A stretch of 26,788 bases of DNA from positions 1 through 26,788 of the forward strand of contig JAVZLK010000020.1 of NCBI GenBank assembly GCA_038883795.1. Reading direction: 5' to 3'. Numbering within the stretch: the first letter of the stretch is position 1; each line of letters begins with the position of its first letter. Below the pieces are notes generated by a model that searched no databases, had not been told where the DNA came from, and saw only the letters and a program-made list of their open reading frames with translations. The DNA is from Candidatus Bathyarchaeia archaeon. GTDB lineage: Archaea; Thermoproteota; Bathyarchaeia; Bathyarchaeales; Bathycorpusculaceae. Both the position numbers and the translations under genes were made by a program. Positions 1 to 6,401 of this stretch are shown piece after piece.

Positions 1-168
1 CCCTTGTATGCCCTCAAGTTCGGCAAGTCGCTTTTTTAGAAGCTCGTTGACCTCTTCGCTTATGCTCTTGCCTTGCGCAGCCAAAGCAGCCTTTAAACGC
101 GTATACGCTTCTCGTTCTATGCTGAAGGATTTGACAACCATATCAGCATACTTTCTCGGCCTGGGCAT
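1..168 (-). CDS. Ribbon-helix-helix (CopG/MetJ/Arc-like) DNA-binding protein, 3' end runs off the window; not in the ORF track
   Basis: Manual translation from ATG at 168: MPRPRKYADMVVKSFSIEREAYTRLKAALAAQGKSISEEVNELLKKRLAELEGIQG. It has an alternating beta-strand (VVKSFSI), a helix, a G-x-S turn (QGKSISE) and a second helix, the RHH pattern. Confidence 0.75.
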   Translation of the reverse strand, partial: MPRPRKYADMVVKSFSIEREAYTRLKAALAAQGKSISEEVNELLKKRLAELEGIQG

Positions 169-288
169 AGGTTTTCCCGTAGGAAAAATAATAATTAACT
201 AAACTATTCTGATATCCTCCCTCTTCTGCCCGTGTATAATCATGATGAAGTATACTTATACTCTCACTGTTTGCGCATTTTTAATTAA

Positions 289-400
289 TTAGCAGAATAT
301 TCTAACAGAAAACCCTCGGCTTAGGTTTTTGGTTTATGGAGAATTATGTTCTGTTAATAAATGTTAACAGAAGCCCATAAAACGTAAACTAATAACAAAA
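289..400. repeat. Cluster of TAACAGAA-like motifs in direct and inverted orientation
   Basis: TAGCAGAA 290-297, TAACAGAA 303-310, perfect 9-bp inverted repeat TTCTGTTAA(349-357)-N6-TTAACAGAA(364-372), TAACAAAA 393-400, and palindrome AGAATATTCT 294-303. Confidence 0.6.
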
Positions 401-424
401 ATTTTCAAAAAGGCTTGAAAAGGC

Positions 425-1147
425 TTATATAGCGTCTTTTTTGCTTGCCCTTTTCACCTTAAACTTCTGCGTGGCTTCCTCAAACCACGCGACGAACTCT
501 AGCTCTTCATTTTTATAGCTTAGTGTTTCTGCTTCGCTCGGAGCGTTTGTTTGGAGCTTTCCCAAGGCATGTTTAACAATTGCATCTGCCAATCTTGTTG
601 AGATTCGCAGTTGAGCTATTAAGGAGAATGCTACAATTTTCCTTGCCATGTTGCCGGTGTAGTCGGCTATTTCATGGTTGTTGCGCATTCCAAATCTATC
701 CAATAATAAGGATATGCGTGTTAGTATGCGCCTAAGCTGCGGCGGATCCTCCATCTGCGCTAAAACCTTAATATGTTGGGCTCTAACGCCTAGGTCTTCG
801 CCCTTTGCTGGAGCCAAAGCCAAAACCCTCATCAGACCTCTTCCCCCACCATTTTGAACTACTGGGTCACCAATACCCCTTAGGAAGCATAGGCTACTTC
901 CTGGTTGCCAATGCCCCTCAAAATGAGCCCGTGCTTCACCTTCCTCTGGAAAAGGAATAGCCTCCTCAACATTTTCAAAGCCCCAAACACGCCCACACTT
1001 AACGCAGACAACTTCGCCCTCCACCCTAACAAGCGAACCCCCACATTCCAAACACATGCCCAAAGCCAAACACAACTCCTCAAGCTGCTCAGAAGAAAGC
1101 CTACTACGCAAAAAATCAGCACTAATCAGCAGCATAACCCAATCCAA
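425..1147 (-). CDS. Divergent TFIIB/TFB-like protein: zinc ribbon plus probably one cyclin-like repeat (start TTG 1147 or ATG 1135)
   Basis: CLECGGSLVRVEGEVVCVKCGRV follows the TFIIB Zn-ribbon pattern (CxxCG..GExVCxxCGxV). The later helical segment LRRILTRISLLLDRFGM...LADAIVKHALGKL resembles the first TFB cyclin repeat by eye. Confidence 0.6.
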   Translation of the reverse strand: MDWVMLLISADFLRSRLSSEQLEELCLALGMCLECGGSLVRVEGEVVCVKCGRVWGFENVEEAIPFPEEGEARAHFEGHWQPGSSLCFLRGIGDPVVQNGGGRGLMRVLALAPAKGEDLGVRAQHIKVLAQMEDPPQLRRILTRISLLLDRFGMRNNHEIADYTGNMARKIVAFSLIAQLRISTRLADAIVKHALGKLQTNAPSEAETLSYKNEELEFVAWFEEATQKFKVKRASKKDAI

Positions 1148-1220
1148 AGGAAAAATACCTTCAAAACAGGCTCAAAAACAGAAAAAGAGGGAATTTGCGG
1201 GAGAAATCTCCACCTGTGGC

Positions 1221-1243
1221 GGGTTCAACTCCCACCCCCGGCT
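1221..1243 (+). repeat. tRNA 3'-end fragment, candidate att site (likely from tRNA-Cys or tRNA-Thr)
   Basis: GGG-TTCAACT-CCCAC-CCCCGGC-T gives partial T-stem, T-loop, T-stem 3' strand, acceptor 3' strand and U73. There is no 5' tRNA half upstream, and the acceptor strand matches neither neighbouring tRNA. Confidence 0.7.
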
Positions 1244-1338
1244 TTCTGGCATAAGTCCATAGGATTTTATGTTAAAAACAGCAATAGGCGACCTTCCTCT
1301 AGTATCCTTCTTGCCCAAAAATAGAGATTCAGTTATAA

Positions 1339-1425
1339 CGGGCGGGGTGGGATTTGAACCCACGACCACAAGCTCTCTTCGCTTGTTAGGAGGCTTGCGC
1401 CCTATCCATGCTAGGCTACCCGCCC
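1339..1425 (-). tRNA. tRNA-Arg(CCT) with 12-nt intron at canonical 37/38 (intron 1375-1386)
   Basis: Reverse complement folds as acceptor GGGCGGG/CCCGCCC, D-stem GCCT/GGGC, anticodon stem CAAGC/GCTTG with loop CT-CCT-A[ACAAGCGAAGAG]A, T-arm GTGGG-TTCAAAT-CCCAC, and G73. Confidence 0.93.
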
Positions 1426-1439
1426 AAACAATAAAATAA

Positions 1440-1500
1440 GCAAATTTAGATTTTAACTTAATGCATACTGCAAAAAACTTAAACTATAAAATGCAATTTC
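1440..1500. promoter_or_regulatory. Back-to-back archaeal BRE/TATA-like promoters for the two tRNAs
   Basis: AAAAAACTTAAACTATAAAA (1472-1491) lies upstream of tRNA-Leu, and TAAGTTAAAA on the minus strand (1451-1460) lies about 26-35 nt upstream of tRNA-Arg. Confidence 0.55.
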
Positions 1501-1512
1501 AGAATATCTGGT

Positions 1513-1641
1513 GCGGGGGTACCCGAGCCAGGTCTAAATAGGCAGTATGCGTTTGGGGTGCAGACCAGCCTAAGATATGGGGGAGGACTTAAGATCCTCT
1601 GGCGTAGGCCTCCGTGGGTTCGAATCCCACCCCCCGCACCA
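1513..1641 (+). tRNA. tRNA-Leu(TAA) with 41-nt non-canonical D-arm intron (1538-1578, position ~22/23) and encoded CCA
   Basis: Acceptor GCGGGGG/CCCCCGC, anticodon arm GAGGA-CTTAAGA-TCCTC, long variable arm, T-arm GTGGG-TTCGAAT-CCCAC, A73 plus CCA. The intron ends form a GTCT/AGAT helix, AAA and ATG bulges and a TAGGC/GCCTA helix. Confidence 0.93.
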
Positions 1642-1705
1642 AAAATAAAGCCTATAAAGGCGTATTTTGGATAATGAAGCTTGTTTTCATGGTTTGCAGT
1701 GAGGG

Positions 1706-1830
1706 CTAGTATTTTACGCTAAGGTATAGTAAGACAATGAGTGCTGCGAATGTGAATAGGTCTGGTAGTAGGGCGAATGGTCCTGGTTCCAAATATTCTG
1801 AAACCGAAAATTGATATCACCATTGAGCAT
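1706..1830 (-). pseudogene. Possible C-terminal remnant of a membrane protein
   Basis: One minus frame reads SEYLEPGPFALLPDLFTFAALIVLLYLSVKY*, a TM-like helix. An adjacent frame just upstream reads MVISIFGF, suggesting a frameshift. No intact gene. Confidence 0.3.
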
Positions 1831-1881
1831 TAGGTAGAGTAAGTCGTAGCGTAAATCGCTTCACTAGCGACAACATGCTCT

Positions 1882-2230
1882 TACAATAATCATCCATGTG
1901 AGGTGCATCAGGAATAGATATGACCTATGAAATTGCAAAGGCTATGGATGGCTAATAACACAAGTAGTAAGCGGAGGACTAGCAGCTAACGCAGGGCTAA
2001 AGGGCGGAACAAAACAAGTCTTAATTGCAGGAGAATACGTTACAATCGGCGGAGACATCATAATAGCAATAAATAGGACAAGAATAACTGGCATAGACAC
2101 TTTATCTGCTTACCTTGAGGAAAATACTTCACCAGGACAAATATTAGAAGTAACAATAGTAAGAGAAAACCATACAATGAATGTTGCAGTGACGCTTGGA
2201 ACAGCCATAAGACCTCATCCAGAACAATAA
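1882..2230 (+). pseudogene. Frameshifted remnant of an HtrA/DegP-family protease (PDZ domain only)
   Basis: Fragments YNNHP / GASGIDMTYEIAKAM / YGWLITQVVSGGLAANAGLKGG..GGDIIIAINRTRITGIDTLSAYLEENTSPGQILEVTIVRENHTMNVAVTLG lie in different frames. The main frame 1943-2230 has no upstream start and the protease domain is absent. Confidence 0.8.
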
Positions 2231-2286
2231 TATGCTTATTTATCTATATTTTACTGGTAAATTTGTGCTGAAATCTCTACACTAAT

Positions 2287-4047
2287 TTAGAGTTGCTTTA
2301 GTATTCTATCTGCTTTTTCATATGCTTTTATTACTTTTTTAATTATTTTATTCCATCTGAAAGTTCTTTCAACGCGTTGCATAGCATTTTCTCTTAGATT
2401 TAGTCCATAGGATGGTTGTTTAGTAACGATTTTTTTTAGGTTGTCGTAGGCTATTTGACCAGTTAGCTCATTCAATTTTTTGTCACTTACACCGCTTTCT
2501 AGTTGAAGTTCTTCTGAAATTTGCATTATTGCTAATAATGAAGAAATAGCAACTGACAGTTGTTTATGGTCATTTTTAGGTACAAGGACTCCTGTGCCAT
2601 TTTTCGGATACCGCCTTGCATCAATAACTATTTCTTTTAGACCTCCAACATTTGTTGCTATAACAGGATTTCCCGTTGCCATTGCTTCCAGAGCCATTAT
2701 GCCAAAGGGTTCCCATCTGCTTGGGCAAACAAACACATCAGCGGATAAATGCGCAAGCGTGTAGACACTTGGAGCTTTGCCAAATAGTATCCTTACCGAA
2801 TTGCTGTATTTTTGTGTGAGTTTTGCAAATTTTTTTACTAAGTCTATTTCTTCTTCAAGTGGCAAAAGCAAAAGAATAAACTTCGCGTTTGGAATATTGT
2901 TAAGGACTTGTGGTATTGCCTTAAAAATAAGATCAACACCCTTTTGTTGCGTTAATCTTCCCGTCATTAAAACCATTGGGCCGTCTTCGTTAAAGGGTTC
3001 AACTTTGCCTCTTCCACAAAAAGGGGGATACTCTAACGCGTTAACGGTTTCCTTAACTTCGCCTTCTTCTAAAACTGGTTCTTCGGGGCTAAGTTTTCCT
3101 AAGGCTTCTGTTAAAAAGTATTTTCTTAGATGATACCTCTTTATGTTTGCTGGTTGTGATATTTTCTGAAGATCGCCGCCGAATCTTTCGAGAATTTCCT
3201 TTAGTATGTGCTCAAAATTCCAGTCGCAGCCATTCCAATGATACATTGCCTTTTCCTTACAGCCAATGCCTATCTGCGGTAGAACTTCATGGTGTAAATA
3301 ATTTTGGCTTACGCTTGTTAAGGCGTGGGCTTCCATGGCACCGAAGGCTTCTATCTTTAGCTTTGCTTTCTTCAGTAGTTGTTTATGGGATAGCATGTTT
3401 TTTGTTCCGTCAAGGTAAACTGGGTGCACCTTGTTTTTTATTCCACACCAGTTTTCGCTTAAGTAGTTCCATGAAACTTTTTTGTTGCTTAGAAGGTGTA
3501 TTGTAAGAACCATTGCTGCTTTGTGGCCATACTCCTCAAGTTTTTGTTTGGCCACAACAGCAGCGGGTACTGCGTGGTAATCGTGTGCATGAATAATGGC
3601 TGGGAAATCACCTTCTGAGTTCTTTAGATGGTCAACGTATCCGGAAATCCCTCTGGCGAAGAGGAGCGCTTTATCTTCAATCTGCGTTGCTCTATAAACT
3701 ATAGTGTCATCTAATATTTTGCTTGTAACATCGTTTAACCCATAAAAGAGTATAACTCTAAAATTTTCAAGTGAGGCTTCATAGACGCCAATTTTATATC
3801 GGAAAGGTGTCCTGTATGGTAGGAAATTTTTATCGCCTATCTTTCCCTCACTAATGAAATCACTTTTCCTTAGCTGTAATCTTTTCATTAACTGAAGGTT
3901 TGTGTGAGCGCCATGGCTTGGCATGAATAACGTGACTTCAAATTTCTGTTCAGCTAGATGCTTGGCTATATTATAGACAGCTTCTCCTAAGCCGCCGACT
4001 TTGACAACGCCTGTACATTCAAAAGAAAAAATCCATATTTTTTTCAA
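2287..4047 (-). CDS. glgA: Glycogen/starch synthase-like glycosyltransferase (GT-B, long form)
   Basis: N-terminal FSFE..KVGGL motif, IHAHDYH, TIH, GRLTQQKG, PSRWEPFGIMALEAM. Confidence 0.85.
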   Translation of the reverse strand: MKKIWIFSFECTGVVKVGGLGEAVYNIAKHLAEQKFEVTLFMPSHGAHTNLQLMKRLQLRKSDFISEGKIGDKNFLPYRTPFRYKIGVYEASLENFRVILFYGLNDVTSKILDDTIVYRATQIEDKALLFARGISGYVDHLKNSEGDFPAIIHAHDYHAVPAAVVAKQKLEEYGHKAAMVLTIHLLSNKKVSWNYLSENWCGIKNKVHPVYLDGTKNMLSHKQLLKKAKLKIEAFGAMEAHALTSVSQNYLHHEVLPQIGIGCKEKAMYHWNGCDWNFEHILKEILERFGGDLQKISQPANIKRYHLRKYFLTEALGKLSPEEPVLEEGEVKETVNALEYPPFCGRGKVEPFNEDGPMVLMTGRLTQQKGVDLIFKAIPQVLNNIPNAKFILLLLPLEEEIDLVKKFAKLTQKYSNSVRILFGKAPSVYTLAHLSADVFVCPSRWEPFGIMALEAMATGNPVIATNVGGLKEIVIDARRYPKNGTGVLVPKNDHKQLSVAISSLLAIMQISEELQLESGVSDKKLNELTGQIAYDNLKKIVTKQPSYGLNLRENAMQRVERTFRWNKIIKKVIKAYEKADRILKQL

Positions 4048-4049
4048 TG

Positions 4050-5333
4050 TTATACACCCTTCTTGGATGATTTTAAAAGTTTTTTATAAATATCGAGATA
4101 GCGCCGACTTGAAATCTCCCATTGGAAGATTTTTTCACATCTTTCTCGTCCATTCTTTCGCATTTTCTCTATAACTTCAGGGTTTTCTTTATACAGCGTC
4201 AGCGCCATTTGCATGGTGTTTAAAAGGGCTTTGGGATTCCCCCTTTCCACTAAAAATCCTGTTGCCTCTTGTTTATTGTCTTCGTAGGAGATTACCGTGT
4301 CTTTTATTCCTCCTGTTCTACTACCTATGGGGATGCATTCGCAGGACATTGCTTCAAGTTGGACAAGCCCAAATGGTTCGAAAATGCTTGGGATAAGTGC
4401 GAAGTCTGCGCTGGAATATAAATCTCGCACTTCTTCTTTTGGGAGAAGTTTGTTTATTACTTTAAGTTTTGAAGGGTATTTTGCCTCTAACTCTTTAGAT
4501 GACGTTTCCAGTTTTTTATCTCCCACTCCTACGATAATCATTCTTACATTTTCATTTTTCAAAAATTGTGCACTTGCATTTAATAGAATATCAACTCCTT
4601 TCTGAACGGGATCGAACCTTCCGACATAAACGTAGAAGACTCCATCGGAGAGTCCGTATTTTTGTAAGATTATTTTTCTGCGTTCATTCCTTGAAATGTT
4701 TGGGTAAGAGGATTCTTGAACGTTCCAAAATTCCGTGTCTATTCCATTAAATACGCATGTTACTTTGTCCTTATACTTTTCAAATAGTTCTTTCTCGTCT
4801 TCATTGTAGTATGATTCTCCGACGACGGTTATGTAATCAGCTTTTTCTAATGCCAATCTTTCTCCTGCAAACCAATTGGGATATTCTCTATGCAGTCTAT
4901 GAATTGTCAAAATTATTGGTTTGCCCATCTCTTTGAATTTGTCCATGGCTTTGTAAGCGAAAAAATCATGCATGTGAACTATGTCAAAATTTATTTCGCT
5001 TACAACTTCGCATAAGCATCTGCAAAATTCATCAATTTTCCTAATCGCCTTTTCGTTTGCTGGTTCTGGATAAACTTCTTTTTCATCGAGAATTTTGTTA
5101 GATAACGTGTAAACTTTTACGCCATTGTGGTCGAAGACTTCCATTTTCACGTTTGGGTATTGGTTTTCCTCCAATTTTTTCCATGGAAGCTTAAAGCTGC
5201 TTTTAGGAAGGATTATGCTGACTTTTGCATATTTTTTCATGGCATTCGCTAAAGAAGTTAGTGCCGCCGATAAGCCTCCAACTTTGATGACATCATATTC
5301 CATGGTGGTCATTAAAACAGTAAACTTATCCAA
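4050..5333 (-). CDS. glgA: Second glycogen synthase-like glycosyltransferase (short form); start re-called to TTG 5333
   Basis: KVGGL, HMHDF, TIH, NGID, GRFDPVQKG, PSIFEPFGLVQLEAM. The ORF-track N-terminus overlaps the upstream gene, while TTG 5333 precedes the first beta-strand and has a GGTG upstream. Confidence 0.85.
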   Translation of the reverse strand: MDKFTVLMTTMEYDVIKVGGLSAALTSLANAMKKYAKVSIILPKSSFKLPWKKLEENQYPNVKMEVFDHNGVKVYTLSNKILDEKEVYPEPANEKAIRKIDEFCRCLCEVVSEINFDIVHMHDFFAYKAMDKFKEMGKPIILTIHRLHREYPNWFAGERLALEKADYITVVGESYYNEDEKELFEKYKDKVTCVFNGIDTEFWNVQESSYPNISRNERRKIILQKYGLSDGVFYVYVGRFDPVQKGVDILLNASAQFLKNENVRMIIVGVGDKKLETSSKELEAKYPSKLKVINKLLPKEEVRDLYSSADFALIPSIFEPFGLVQLEAMSCECIPIGSRTGGIKDTVISYEDNKQEATGFLVERGNPKALLNTMQMALTLYKENPEVIEKMRKNGRERCEKIFQWEISSRRYLDIYKKLLKSSKKGV

Positions 5334-5384
5334 GGTTTTCGACCAGCACCCTATGAAAGATATGCAAGACTTCTTATAATTATT

Positions 5385-5407
5385 GGTGAAAAAGAAAGAG
5401 GGGGTTT
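5385..5407 (-). terminator. Pyrimidine/T-rich archaeal terminator candidate
   Basis: CCCCCTCTTTCTTTTTC on the minus strand immediately after the stop of 5408-6379. Confidence 0.5.
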
Positions 5408-6379
5408 TTAGAGTTTGCGAATTTTTTTCAAGGTTATTGTTAGAGCTGTAGCCGTTACGATAGTTGCTGGAATGAACCATACGACTGGAAACTCTGGAAT
5501 AAGATCCATTTCAACATCTGCGTAAACGGAGACGGATACAACGTTTTCTTCACCTCCGCCGGGGATGAACGCTCCAAACTCTAGTTCTTGTTCAGCCCTT
5601 GACTCGTAAAATGCGCCGTCAAATGCGTCTGGGTCTTCCCATGCTTCTTCGCCACCGCCAGGGTTATTTTCATCTGCGGTGGCAAAGATTTCTGCGAAAA
5701 GATTGCCTCCCCATGTTGCATGCTCGTTCTGCACGCCTACCACGCAGACAAAGCGCCATGTTTGACCAACCGGCGAACCAATAACTGCTAGTGGAACACC
5801 GACTTCAAAGCAGTCGTATGTTGAACTGTTGGCAATGAGCATTGGAGTATCAGCTGGATATGTGGTATTGGCGACTACAGCAAATGTGGAGTTTTTAACC
5901 GCAATATTTTCCATTGCTACTATGCTCACGTGCCACTCCCAGTATGCTTCTGGAATGACTTTCATATCAGCGTATTCACCGAGCCATACTTGCCCACTAC
6001 CAGCAGTTTGATTAGTGCTTATCGCGAAGTCTATTGCTGTGCGGTTCCATTGTCCATCTGGAATGTCATCAAACACAAATAGTAAGTAAAGGTAGTCCTC
6101 ATCCCATGTAATTCTCAACTCGAGAAGATCTGCCTCGCCACCTACATATCCTGTAGGATACACCCATGAACCATTGCCAGTATCATCGCCAATTTCATCA
6201 CGCCAAATGTATTCTCCCGCGCTGATTATCCCTGTATTATTTGTTGTAGGTGGTGTTCCTGTCCAATCGGAAGGATTACCATCAACGGTTATGGATTTTG
6301 CCTTAACTATTGGAAAAGCTCCAACTATTAGAAATGACAGTAATATTGCTAAAAGTGCAATTTCAAATTTTTTCTTCAT
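5408..6379 (-). CDS. Secreted glucodextranase-C/DOMON-like domain protein with C-terminal PEF-CTERM-like sorting signal
   Basis: Signal peptide MKKKFEIALLAILLSFLIVGAFPIVKA; DEIGDDTGNGSWVYPT motif paralogous to DPEGDDYGPGTYTYPT in the amylopullulanase; ends IPEF, TM helix, KKIRKL. Confidence 0.75.
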   Translation of the reverse strand: MKKKFEIALLAILLSFLIVGAFPIVKAKSITVDGNPSDWTGTPPTTNNTGIISAGEYIWRDEIGDDTGNGSWVYPTGYVGGEADLLELRITWDEDYLYLLFVFDDIPDGQWNRTAIDFAISTNQTAGSGQVWLGEYADMKVIPEAYWEWHVSIVAMENIAVKNSTFAVVANTTYPADTPMLIANSSTYDCFEVGVPLAVIGSPVGQTWRFVCVVGVQNEHATWGGNLFAEIFATADENNPGGGEEAWEDPDAFDGAFYESRAEQELEFGAFIPGGGEENVVSVSVYADVEMDLIPEFPVVWFIPATIVTATALTITLKKIRKL

Positions 6380-6401
6380 TTTTAAACCCTTAAACTTTCA
6401 G

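Larger units (their letters stand above)
1..1243. mobile_element. Right end of a putative tRNA-integrated element (provirus or integrative plasmid); left boundary outside the window
   Basis: Bounded by an orphan tRNA 3'-end fragment at 1221-1243 and contains only accessory-type genes (RHH, divergent TFB-like). No integrase is visible in the window. Confidence 0.6.

Noticed and set aside
8-202. ORF-track 64-aa plus-strand ORF
   Set aside because: Antisense shadow of the RHH gene on the minus strand; Ser-rich with no motif.
1180-1245. Possible complete, split or permuted tRNA
   Set aside because: No D-arm, anticodon arm, GCCGGGG 5' strand or BHB-forming leader was seen nearby; an att remnant is simpler.
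1221-1362. Apparent inverted repeat between the tRNA fragment and the tRNA-Arg 3' end
   Set aside because: Explained by generic T-arm similarity. T-loop and acceptor bases differ, so it is neither a transposon end nor a copy of tRNA-Arg.
905-1369. ORFs 905-1324, 1056-1262 and 1172-1369 crossing the att-like site, considered as split SSV-type integrase fragments
   Set aside because: They overlap the TFB-like gene or the tRNA (GSNP is a translated T-loop) and show no recognisable integrase motifs.
1538-1578. Nested intron or C/D-box guide inside the tRNA-Leu intron
   Set aside because: Only a weak G-U-rich hairpin; no second BHB and no RUGAUGA/CUGA boxes.
5334-5480. Extended N-terminus of the second glycogen synthase in the ORF track
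   Set aside because: Overlaps the upstream gene and its terminator; the GT fold starts just after TTG 5333.
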